A stretch of 64,000 bases of DNA. Source: Hormiphora californensis. Lineage: Eukaryota > Animalia > Ctenophora. The notes under the pieces are model-generated. The model ran no database searches. It had not been told where the DNA came from and saw only the letters and a program-made list of their open reading frames with translations. The stretch's first letter is position 1; each line of letters starts with the position of its first letter. Shown here piece by piece: positions 48,806-58,510 of the stretch. Position numbers and translations under genes: made by a program. The DNA lies in contig CM035352.1 in assembly GCA_020137815.1 (NCBI GenBank), positions 5,642,001 through 5,706,000 on the forward strand. Reading direction: 5' to 3'.

Positions 48806-51800
48806 TGTGTGTGTGTCGTGTACCTCCCGTACTTCCACCCACTTGCTGTCGTAGTAGTAGTAGTTCTAGGGAGAAATTAGAGCCGAGGAGGGCCTAAAGT
48901 CCTCCTCGCCAGCTCCACTGATCTCCCCGGGTCGGACGTAAGTAGGTCGAGTGTCGTCCGAGTCGTCCCGAATAACCTCATTCTCTCGCCAGAGGTTCGG
49001 GAGCAGTCCTGCATCCAATGTTGCAGGTCCTGTTGTTGTCCTGGACAGTATGGACATTCCGGGCTCACGGCCTCATCTATCCGGTGTTGGTAGGCTCGGA
49101 AACCATTGTGGTGGCCCGATCGGAGACGAGCTATGAGTACCTGGTCCTTTCTCGTCGTTATGTCTTTGTCCGTGTCTTTATTATAGTTTTTGTAGGTCTC
49201 TGCAGTCCGCTGGTGTTGTACCGGCTCGTCCTTTATCACCCGCCGTATGTGGGCCTTCACGGCTGCGAAGGATACTGGCCTCTCACCCTGATTCTCCGTT
49301 TCCAGGGTGGTTGCGTCCTTGGCTGCCTTATCAGCTAGTTCGTTACCGGGAACATCCACATGGCTGGGGATCCACTGAATGGTAATGTCTGCTTTGCATC
49401 CACCCATACTGTGTAGTAATCCGGCAATTGTCGATGTCGGGTTTGTACTATTCATGCTATCGCATAGTGATTTGCTATCGGTACAGATTAGCACTCTCCA
49501 ATACTGGGGGTGGGAGTGGAGCCAAGAGGACGCTGTCCTCATAGCTTCTAGCTCCTCCTCAAATGATGAGGTGTGCGGTCGTCCTCTAGTCTTGATGGTG
49601 TCAATGACGGTGGGGTTTTCTGGGGGTCCAGTGGTTGCCACCATACCACTGCCTCCGTTGGAAGTACCCTCCTCTGCCGATCCATCTGTGTATATCGTTA
49701 CCTCTGCCTTGTGTTCACTGATGGTCGACAGTGTGAGGGTTCTCAGGTCATCCGCGGGAAGGGTATTTTTTGTCACTCCGCCCGGTAGTGTTTGGTGGAT
49801 GGTCAGTGTGTTTCCCTCCATCCAGGGAGGGGGTGTGGAGTAGGAGAGCTCCTCTCTATTCTCGAATGTGGCTGGGAGGTGGGATTGGAGGTCTTCAGAT
49901 CTGGTCCGGAAGCTAGGCCGTACTAGCCTGTGTGCTACCGTTCCCTCAACCGCTAGCCGGCGCGGGTGATCCTGTGGAGATCTGAGGGCCTTTTCGCTGG
50001 CCGTAAGCAGGAGCCTCTTGGATTGTGTTGTGTAGCTTTGCACTCCTGCTTCTAGTCTTAAAGCTTCAAGGGGGGTGGATCTGTACTGGCCTGTGATTAG
50101 ACGTAGAGCTTTGTTCTGTAGGGTTTCAAGGGTTTTTCTGTTTGTATCAGAAATCCACGGCTGCCAGGCGCTAGCGGAGTAGTCCAGTACACTTCGGATG
50201 TGCGTATTGTACACCTTTAGCAGACTGTTCTTCTTCCATCCCCAGGTGGTGTTACTGAGGGCTGCTAGGATTCGACACTTGGAGTTGATCTTCTCCTTCA
50301 GTGACTTGACGTGAGGGCCAAAGGTGAGCTGTCTATCCAGGATAACTCCCAAGAGTCTCGGTGTCGGGTCATAAGAAAGATTGATCTCCCCCGCTTGCAG
50401 AGAGGGTCTCCAGTGGGCTTCGTTACTCGATGTTGTAAAGAAGGTGCTGACGCTCTTGTCACTCAGTATCATCTTATATTCCCTGCACCACTCCACTACT
50501 ATGTCAACCGCCCTCTGGCAGCTGCGGGCGGCCTTCCCGAGTGTGGAGCCGATACCGGTGACTGTGACATCGTCAGCAAATAGTGAATTGACGCTGTCCT
50601 CCGGGAGTCTCTCTGCAAGTGTGTTGATATAAAACAGAAATAGCAGTGGGGCCAACACTGACCCTTGTGGTAGTCCTTGCCTGAGGATTCGTATGGAGCT
50701 GTGGGAGTTATTGTAGTTAACTCTGGCAAGTCTATTGTTCAGGAAGCATCGTAGCCAGCGAATAAGGGGTTTGGGTACTCCCTTGTTGTACATGGTCAGG
50801 AGGAGCTTATCCCTCCAGACCTTGTCATAAGCCTTGGATAGGTCTAGTAGTGCCATTACTGTTCTGTTGGAGGGTTTGGATTGGAAGCCATCATCTATAG
50901 ATTGGACCAGCCGGAGTATCTGGTCTTCACAGCATCGTCCTCTCCGGAACCCAGCCTGGAGGCGATGGAACCAGCCTCCAGTCTCTGCGAGGTGGTAGAT
51001 TCTGTCCGCTATCATTCTCTCTGCTGTCTTCACCACACATGAAGTGAGGCTGATTGGCCTGTATGACGATAGGACCTTGGCTGGCTTGCCAGCCTTCAAC
51101 AGGGGGATGATCGAGGCAGTCCTCCAAATCTGGGGCAGATTGTTGGAGTGCAGGGACTGGTTAAAGATGGCAAGGAGTTCTTCCAGGGCGTTGCTCCCCA
51201 GGGCTTTGATGAAAGCAGGTGTTATGTCATCTGGGCCCGGTGCGCCCTTCTTCTTGCTTTTCTTTATAGCTGTCTTTAGCTCCTTCATTGTAAAGGGGGA
51301 GCTTGCTGGAGCTTCTACTTCGTCTTCTCCAGTTGGTTCTTCCTCGAGGATCCGGTTGAGCTTCAGGGTGGTCTCTGTACGTTCTGGTCCTGTTATGTTC
51401 AGGGAACTAACACGGGCGTAATGGGAAGCAAATATGTCGGCCTTCCTCTTATTGTTTGTGATGAGTCGGCCGTTGTGGAGCAGGGCTTCGTTTGGGTTGT
51501 TGGTGTCAGGGCATCCATTGAGGGAGCGCACGAGCCTCCATAGCTGGGGATCCTGCATCTCTGCTCCAGCAAGAGTTTCCTCCCACCGGTCCAGTTTTGC
51601 TTCGTCCATCAGGTTGGCGGCGTTGTGGCATGCCTCAATCCATTCTTCTCTGTGGTCTTTCACGTTCTCTCTAAGGGTGTTCCTTTTTGTCACGGCATCT
51701 CTTACTCTGGGGTTCATCGTACCCTTACGCCTCTTTCCTGGTACTGTTTTCCCTACATGCTTTTCCGCAGCTTTGATCACTTTTTCCTGGAATCTTCTCA

Positions 51801-53867
51801 CCCTTCTATGGATGTTTGGTTCCTCCTCCAAGTCCAGGAAGTCGTTCTCTAGCTCGGCTGTGAAGCTGGAAAGGTCAACATTTGCTCTCCACTTGGGAGG
51901 TCGACTGATCTGTTGTTGTAGGGCGAGTTTGGATCTGATGTTGAATATGATGGGAAGGTGATCAGATCCAAGGTCTTGGTCGGGATGCCAGTCTGCTCTA
52001 TCAGCCCATTTCTTCCCCACGAGTGTTACGTCGGGGGAGCTCTCAGTGCCGGTAGCAGGGTTCACCCTTGTTGGTCTCCCGTCGTTAAGCAGTGTCAATC
52101 CCTTCTCTACGATCAGGTCTTCGATGGCTCCACCCCGTTGGTCCTCTGGCTGGGATCGGTCCCAGAGGGTGGAGTGGGCGTTTAGGTCGCCTGCAATTAT
52201 GGAGTATTCGTCGGTGGGTAGGATGTCGGTCCTCAGGAGTGTGGTACTGCCTCCCAACGAGTTGTTGGGGGGGCAGTATACATTTGCGAGTGTCGCCCAG
52301 CGATTCCTCACAAACTTAATCCTGCACCTGATGACCTCCGTCCCGTCCTTCTGCCCACCCGGCAGTCTTTCAAAAGAGATTTCGTGCCGGATGAGCGTAA
52401 GTAGCCCCCCTCCGATTCCTCCAGCCCTGTCTTGGCGGAGGGTCGAGTAACCCGGAAAGTGGGGTGTTCTGTCTTGTTTTCTGAGTTTGGTTTCTTGGAT
52501 CAGGCAGATGTCGATTAACTGGGATTTCAGTCTTTCCTCCAGTTCGCCTGCTTTCCGGGCTAGTCCACCAGCGTTCCACTGCATAATTCTAAGGGATGTG
52601 GTGCTGGTCGTCAATTCTAATGGATCGTCTCGGTTGATGATTGTGGGTGTTGGGGCGTTCTGGGCTCGGAGACGATCTGTGCAGGGGTCACAGTCCCAGT
52701 TGGTTGTCCCTTCTAGGACTGCTTCCTGGAATGAGCGGGTTGTTTCAGTGCAACACTTATGGAAAGGGGCGTGGCATGTGTTGCATTCAATTGGTGTAGT
52801 GTTGACCTTGATTGTTCTCTTGCAGTGGGCACATCTGGTTTTCTGTCCGGGTTCAGATGAGCTTGGGCTGGGACTAGGGCTGGAACGTGAAGTTTGGTTA
52901 AATGTGGCTGGGGTGGAGCTGAAGGGGAAGGATGGCTGGTTGTCCTGGGGGGATGCTGAAGATGGGGGGAATCTGAATGTGCTGGGTGGGCTAAGTAAGC
53001 CATGGCACTGCGAGCTATCCGATGAGCTCGACGGGAGGGGTGGTGACAGGGGGAATAGAACTCGAGGAGGTGGGGTGAAGTTCGTGGGGTTGGGGACTCT
53101 CCATGGGGTACTAGCGCTCGGGTTTGGTACCCTTGCACCTGTTGGGAATGATGGAGGGAAACTTCTTGAGTTTGGACTATGTGTAGCGCAGAGCCATTTG
53201 GATTTGTCCAGCTGGTACCTCCCTATACCACTACATTTTTCCTGTTTGTGTGACCAGCTGTGGCAACTCTGTACACTGCATTTAATGGGGACTATGCCAA
53301 CTTTGATCGTTTTGTTGCATGTCGAGCAGGTTCTCTGTTCCACCTCATGGCTGGAATCCTCTGTGTCAGTAGACTGGTTGAATGGTGACACACCTCCATG
53401 GTTGGTACATTTCCATACCGGTTTCAGATTGTATCTACTGATTCCACTACAGGTTATAGATTTGTGGCAAGTCTCTGGGCAGCCGGTTGTGGAGCATGAT
53501 AGGGGGGTGGCATTGGCTCTGATTGTACCGGAGCATGAGTGACATTTAGGTCCTGGGTTCGTTTCAATATCCCCGCCCCGCAGCAGGAGGAGACCTAGCC
53601 AGCCTACTGCGGGTCGAGAAAAAAATATATCGTCTGCTGTCCTTGTATATCTTCTCTGGGGTTTGTTGAGGTTTTCGGGACTGCCCGGGGCAGTTCCCTT
53701 GATGAGGAGCATTCGTTGATCCCCCGAAGAGGACGAAGCCCACCAAACCGACGGCAAGGTTGCTCCTCTGTAGGATGGGCTTGCTGTCGTTGGGGAGCAG
53801 CGTTCCCTAGATTTCACAGTTCTCTCCTCAGGTCACCAACACACATGGCTGCCCAGAGCGCCTACCC
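48806..53867 (-). mobile_element. Full-length Ingi-like (I-group) non-LTR retrotransposon with 13-bp TSD and (CA)n 3' tail
   Basis: TSD cctaccccctgtg at 48793-48805 and 53868-53880; single uninterrupted ORF. Confidence 0.9.
48877..53817 (-). CDS. Retrotransposon polyprotein: 2A-like peptide, 3 PHD-like fingers, APE, RT, RNase H, C-terminal CCHC
   Basis: LLLRGGDIETNPGP; MQWNAGG, IQETKL, AGDLNAH, GSDH; YRPISLTS, LDLSKAYD, GLPQGSVL, FADD; IYTDGS, CTDS, QWIPSHVDVPGNELADKAAK; CPYC..H..C. True start uncertain (ORF opens on GTG). Confidence 0.93.
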   Translation of the reverse strand: MKSRERCSPTTASPSYRGATLPSVWWASSSSGDQRMLLIKGTAPGSPENLNKPQRRYTRTADDIFFSRPAVGWLGLLLLRGGDIETNPGPKCHSCSGTIRANATPLSCSTTGCPETCHKSITCSGISRYNLKPVWKCTNHGGVSPFNQSTDTEDSSHEVEQRTCSTCNKTIKVGIVPIKCSVQSCHSWSHKQEKCSGIGRYQLDKSKWLCATHSPNSRSFPPSFPTGARVPNPSASTPWRVPNPTNFTPPPRVLFPLSPPLPSSSSDSSQCHGLLSPPSTFRFPPSSASPQDNQPSFPFSSTPATFNQTSRSSPSPSPSSSEPGQKTRCAHCKRTIKVNTTPIECNTCHAPFHKCCTETTRSFQEAVLEGTTNWDCDPCTDRLRAQNAPTPTIINRDDPLELTTSTTSLRIMQWNAGGLARKAGELEERLKSQLIDICLIQETKLRKQDRTPHFPGYSTLRQDRAGGIGGGLLTLIRHEISFERLPGGQKDGTEVIRCRIKFVRNRWATLANVYCPPNNSLGGSTTLLRTDILPTDEYSIIAGDLNAHSTLWDRSQPEDQRGGAIEDLIVEKGLTLLNDGRPTRVNPATGTESSPDVTLVGKKWADRADWHPDQDLGSDHLPIIFNIRSKLALQQQISRPPKWRANVDLSSFTAELENDFLDLEEEPNIHRRVRRFQEKVIKAAEKHVGKTVPGKRRKGTMNPRVRDAVTKRNTLRENVKDHREEWIEACHNAANLMDEAKLDRWEETLAGAEMQDPQLWRLVRSLNGCPDTNNPNEALLHNGRLITNNKRKADIFASHYARVSSLNITGPERTETTLKLNRILEEEPTGEDEVEAPASSPFTMKELKTAIKKSKKKGAPGPDDITPAFIKALGSNALEELLAIFNQSLHSNNLPQIWRTASIIPLLKAGKPAKVLSSYRPISLTSCVVKTAERMIADRIYHLAETGGWFHRLQAGFRRGRCCEDQILRLVQSIDDGFQSKPSNRTVMALLDLSKAYDKVWRDKLLLTMYNKGVPKPLIRWLRCFLNNRLARVNYNNSHSSIRILRQGLPQGSVLAPLLFLFYINTLAERLPEDSVNSLFADDVTVTGIGSTLGKAARSCQRAVDIVVEWCREYKMILSDKSVSTFFTTSSNEAHWRPSLQAGEINLSYDPTPRLLGVILDRQLTFGPHVKSLKEKINSKCRILAALSNTTWGWKKNSLLKVYNTHIRSVLDYSASAWQPWISDTNRKTLETLQNKALRLITGQYRSTPLEALRLEAGVQSYTTQSKRLLLTASEKALRSPQDHPRRLAVEGTVAHRLVRPSFRTRSEDLQSHLPATFENREELSYSTPPPWMEGNTLTIHQTLPGGVTKNTLPADDLRTLTLSTISEHKAEVTIYTDGSAEEGTSNGGSGMVATTGPPENPTVIDTIKTRGRPHTSSFEEELEAMRTASSWLHSHPQYWRVLICTDSKSLCDSMNSTNPTSTIAGLLHSMGGCKADITIQWIPSHVDVPGNELADKAAKDATTLETENQGERPVSFAAVKAHIRRVIKDEPVQHQRTAETYKNYNKDTDKDITTRKDQVLIARLRSGHHNGFRAYQHRIDEAVSPECPYCPGQQQDLQHWMQDCSRTSGERMRLFGTTRTTLDLLTSDPGRSVELARRTLGPPRL

Positions 53868-55678
53868 CCTACCCCCTGTGGAGACTGTGGACAGAATCCT
53901 TTGCTGAGGGAAACATTCCGGAGGAGTTGAAGAGGCAGCAGATAGCCCCTATCTTCAAGAAAGGAAACAAAAGTATAGCTGAGAACTACCGACCGGTAGC
54001 ACTGACCAGCCACGTGACCAAAACCTTCGAACGAGTGGTGTGCAAGGAGATAGCTGAATTTGTTGAGTGGCAAGGTATTCTAAACAACGAACAACACGGA
54101 TTCAGATCAGGACGTAGCTGCCTTACTCAACTACTTGAACACTATGATGTAATCCTGGAGGACCTCAACCAAGGGAGTGAAGTAGATGTGGCTTACATCG
54201 ACTTTAGCAAAGCCTTTGATAAGGTTGATATCAGTATCCTTCTTCATAAACTGAAAAGATATGGTATCAGGGGAAGACTACTTCAGTGGATCAGAGCCTT
54301 CCTCACTGGTAGGTCACAGACTGTGGTGATAGACGGAGCATGCTCCAGGGCCGAGAGTGTCACCAGTAGTGTCATCCAGGGATCTGTGCTTGTACCCCTT
54401 CTATTCATCATATATGTGTGTGACTTGGTATCCCGGACGACGGGAGGTACGCTTACCTTCGCGGACGACACCAAAAGCCGCCAAGCAATTACTGGATTGG
54501 AAGACAGGGATGCCCTACAAGAAAATCTGGAACAGATAGCGGAATGGTTGGGAAGAAACAATATGCTGCTGCATGAGCAGAAGTAATACTCTGTAATACT
54601 CCGAGTTGAAGGGCATCTCCCGGAGTTCTCTGGTCTTGTTAAGGGTGTAGTTTAGGACTTCAAGAGACCGCTCCGAGAAGACTATGGTAACTCTCCTCAA
54701 GTCACTGCTAAGACCCAAACTTGAATACTGTTCTCCCTTATGGTCTCCAACCACGATCGGAGATGTTATCAAGATCGAAACTATACAGAGATTCTTTACC
54801 AGGAGAATTGCGGAATGTCAAGGCCTTAACTAATGGGAAAGGCTGACACAGCTGGGAATTTTATCTCTTCAACGGAGACGCGAGAGAAAGGTTTGGTAGA
54901 GACGTTTTTGAAAATTTTGCATTGAGCTCCTTCAAATTGAAAGCTTTACTACAGCGCAGGACATCAAAATCAGCGCTACAATGGCGAAGAAATTACACAG
55001 AAAGCTTCAAAACACGCCTTTTTTAAACACAGCCTCAGAGATTTAGCCCTGACTTTATTGACCGTTTAATCATTGGAAAGTCCTCGATACTCTCTTCCCA
55101 ACGAGCCTAAGATTGTGCGATGTGGACAAGAAATGACAGAGTTATTGCCAAAAAAGTCAAAATTTGACCATAAAAGGGATTTTACTCCACCGTTATCCAA
55201 CTTATTTTCGTCCGCAAGCATGCGTCAAACAAAAATGATTTTGAAACTTTTGGAGACAAAATTTTTTCAACTTTTTTTGGCAGTTTTACTCGAAATTCAA
55301 AACAGGGTGCGCGTCGCAATGCCAAAATGCGCGTCGCATGCGCGTCGCATTGTGCGCGTCTCAACACAGTGTCTCGCCTCCATACGTTGCAGGCCCCTTA
55401 TAATGAGGGGGCTGCAGCGCATTCCAAACCACATCAAAGAGAGCTCCCCATCCAGAAGATACCACGCGCAGGGGACACCACGCGCAGAAGAGACCAGCGC
55501 GGCGTTGTATTTGCGCGTGCGGTCTCTTCTGCGCGTGGTGTCCCCTGCGCGCGGTATCTTCTGGACGGGGAGCTCTCTTTGATGTGGTGCGCTCTTGGAG
55601 TGGTGTCTTTTGGAGGTGGTACGCTCTTGGATGGGGTGCGCTCTTGAACTTTATTATGGTTCCTTATAAAAATAGTAA

Positions 55679-55900
55679 TAGTGGAAGCTCTTACGGTATT
55701 TCCCACGCCCCGTGGGAAAGTTTTTGACCGTGGGAAAGTTTTCAAACCGTGGGAAAAGAGAGATGCATACAATAACTTTAAAAAAATAATTATTTTTTGT
55801 ATGTTATTGTATGTATCTCTCTTTTCCCACGGTTTGAAAACTTTCCCACGGTCAAAAACTTTCCCACGGGGCGTGGGAAATACCGTAAGAGCTTCCACTA
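55679..55900. mobile_element. Palindromic MITE
   Basis: tagtggaagctcttacggtatttcccacg... mirrored over about 100 bp. Confidence 0.8.
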
Positions 55901-55982
55901 TAAGGAACGCGCTCGAATTGTCCGTTAACATCTGCCGCGGCCTTTTAGACGCGCGTGACGTTATTATTATATTATATTATTA

Positions 55983-56293
55983 CTAGCGCACCCATAATTG
56001 GGTGCGCCTCAAGTAAGGGCTTTCTAATAACCCATCCGGCTTCGCCGGTTGGGTTTTTCGCCCCTTTCAACGTCAATAACACGGTTGCCATGGCAACTGA
56101 ATTGGTAACTATGGGGACTGGCATGTCAAAAGTCATTCAAAAATATTAAGAAACTTCCATTGGAAGTTCCAAAAGTGTGAACAGCAGCTTTACAGCTTTG
56201 GTCATATGAAGTGTTTTATGAAGGAGCAGTCTGTCGCTTAGATACCGCTGAACGAACGACTTCGACTTCGACTTCTCCAAATTATAATAGAGA
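55983..56293 (-). mobile_element. Non-autonomous Helitron
   Basis: Minus strand A|TCTCTATTATAA...hairpin gcgcaccca..tgggtgcg-CTAG|T; second copy at 58957. Confidence 0.8.
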
Positions 56294-56301
56294 TTATATT
56301 A

Positions 56302-56451
56302 TGAGGCCCCTCGGAAATGTTCAAGTCATGCACAATCAAGTCACGCCCACCAATCACAGCTCAGAACGCGCGAAGCACTCCGCGCGTTCTGAGCTGTGAT
56401 TGGTGGGCGTGACTTGATTGTGCATGACTTGAACATTTCCGAGGGGCCTCA
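56302..56451. mobile_element. Perfectly palindromic MITE
   Basis: tgaggcccctcggaaatgttcaag...cttgaacatttccgaggggcctca. Confidence 0.8.
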
Positions 56452-57153
56452 TATGAATTGATTTTTCATTTTCGAATCAAAATTTCCGTCATTTTTGGGA
56501 AAAGCTGAAGCCTTTGTTGAAAAGCGCTGCCTTATCCCGCGCTATCGGGGGCCAGCAACGTTTGCCAAAAGCCTTTGAAAAGCGTTGCCTTATCCCGCGC
56601 CAGCAGCGTTTGCCAATTGAAGCCTGGGTGTTCCGAGCGGGACAGCGTTAAAATCTGGGTGTTTCGTGAGTGCTGACAAACCGTTTTTAGGGTTAGGGCT
56701 AAAGTGGGGTTAGGGTTGGGTTTGGGTTGGGGTTAGGCCTTGACATTTCCTACTAGATAAACTTTGAATTAGCCAAAACGGTTGAGTGGTTTGGCGGTTT
56801 GGTTCAAATTACTAAAAATCGGACTTTACACCGGACTTAGTGGGTTTTAAAACCAATACAATACAAGAGAAACGTTTTCAATTTTGGAGAAAAGTTTTTC
56901 ATAAACAAATAGGTTGTGTTTCCAAATAAATTCGAAGGCTGTATCTAATCTTCACTATTATTCACTTTGCTTTGCTTTCAAATATCACTCCTTAATTTGT
57001 CTTTTTTACGCTTTGTAGCTCATTCAAGTGACCAAATCAAATACCTATATGAAGCTAGATCACACATTAACACACACACACACAAACACATATAATAGTA
57101 CATACACACATAAATATACTGTCCAGAATTATCATTTCTAAGTGTTTGTTGAC

Positions 57154-58149
57154 TTATTCCCCTTCCTTGGAGTTAGAAATATTCGCTTTAGATGTTCGCT
57201 GGTTCATCTTGGAGAAGGAAGAACTTGCTAGATCTGCTTTCGTGCGAATAAACTTGAGCGTGAAGGTCCTGAAGCTCGTCAGAGATAGAAAGTAGATGAG
57301 GGGGTTGGATGTAAAGCTGATGTAGGGGGTGGCAATGGCAAATCTGTAGTAGTAGAATGCTAACCATCGTATGGGATTCATCGTTTTCTTGTTGGTATGG
57401 AATATACCATAGGGGATGAAGGACAGAAAGTAGACAGCAGACACAGCAATAAGAACCACTATACCCTGTTTCCTGATGGCTACCCTTCTATTCCACACCA
57501 GATACCCAATCAGCACCACCATACCCCCAGTTACCACCACAAGGGGGATGAACACGTATATCAGACTCAGTATCCGAGGTAGTATCGCCTCTACCTTGTC
57601 CTCACTGTAGTACCCCTCACACCTGTAGTAGCTCAGCCGGAACTCGGTGATTCTCCTGCCGACAAAGAATGTAGGGATAGCCTGGGTTATTGGTATCAGC
57701 CACATTGCAGCAGATATCCGAATACCCGCCTTTTTAGTCCGCAACAGGGCGTTCAGGGGGCTCAGGAGAGTCGTTATCTTTGAGATGTTGAGGGCACAGA
57801 TGGAATATATCTCACAAATACCTAAGAACCGGAACAAGTAGTTGGTAATAAGGCATATCTCATCTCCCAACACCCACTTATCAGTGAATATGGAGCTGGC
57901 GTTAGCAAGAATCACGAACACGAAGCCCAGGTCCACGACGGATATGTTCCGAATAAGAGCAACAGATACAGGATCCAGTTTTATCGCTTTGTGTCTGTAG
58001 GAGGAGTAGAGAACGAAGGTGTTACCCAGAAGGGAGAATACAGAGATTCCTATCATCCATGTAGCCATGATGATCCTCTCTGGTATAGAAGCAGCAATGT
58101 GGTGGAATGGAGACACCGTGGATGTATCGTTCGCCAGCTGTCTCTGCAT
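57154..58149 (-). CDS. Intronless rhodopsin-family GPCR
   Basis: LLGNTFVL (TM1), NISVVD (TM2), WVLGDEIC, SFIPY (TM6), SNPLIYF (NPxxY); seven hydrophobic segments. Confidence 0.9.
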   Translation of the reverse strand: MQRQLANDTSTVSPFHHIAASIPERIIMATWMIGISVFSLLGNTFVLYSSYRHKAIKLDPVSVALIRNISVVDLGFVFVILANASSIFTDKWVLGDEICLITNYLFRFLGICEIYSICALNISKITTLLSPLNALLRTKKAGIRISAAMWLIPITQAIPTFFVGRRITEFRLSYYRCEGYYSEDKVEAILPRILSLIYVFIPLVVVTGGMVVLIGYLVWNRRVAIRKQGIVVLIAVSAVYFLSFIPYGIFHTNKKTMNPIRWLAFYYYRFAIATPYISFTSNPLIYFLSLTSFRTFTLKFIRTKADLASSSFSKMNQRTSKANISNSKEGE

Positions 58150-58510
58150 CTTTCCTGGAATCTAGATCTCTCTGGAACTACGGCAGGTAGTGAATCCTGG
58201 AATTTTCAAGCCCTTTTATATTAAAACCAACATCAAAGACAGCGAAATTGGTAAACGTGGTCAAAGAATATAGTAAAATATTGGCCACTTCATTTCGCTT
58301 TTATATTAAATAGAAAGAATGGCAAATCTCTTTGAGTGGAACTTTAATTCAAACTACAAGAACCAAGATTCATAGAATGGGATGATCCCGATTCACTCAC
58401 GTCATAAATAAAGAGATCCTCTAGCCTTTTGGGAAGGGTAAACGCGGATTATATATGAAGCTGTCCAAATTTGTTAATTGTTAACTAACCCCTCTTCCAA
58501 GTAGTAAGCC

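Larger units (their letters stand above)
47213..54890 (+). mobile_element. Decayed CR1-type LINE, split by MITEs and by an Ingi-like LINE
   Basis: ORF1 with Cys-rich finger (47213-47720); IKTNPKVFFSYAN (48470-48505); RT resumes at 53868 with APIFKKG, NYRPVALTS, QHGFRSGRSC, DFSKAFDKV, IQGSVL, FADD, PKLEYCSPLWSP. Contains stops and deletions. Confidence 0.85.

Noticed and set aside
52487-53542. 351-aa plus-strand ORF
   Set aside because: Antisense shadow of the Ingi-like ORF with no recognisable motifs.
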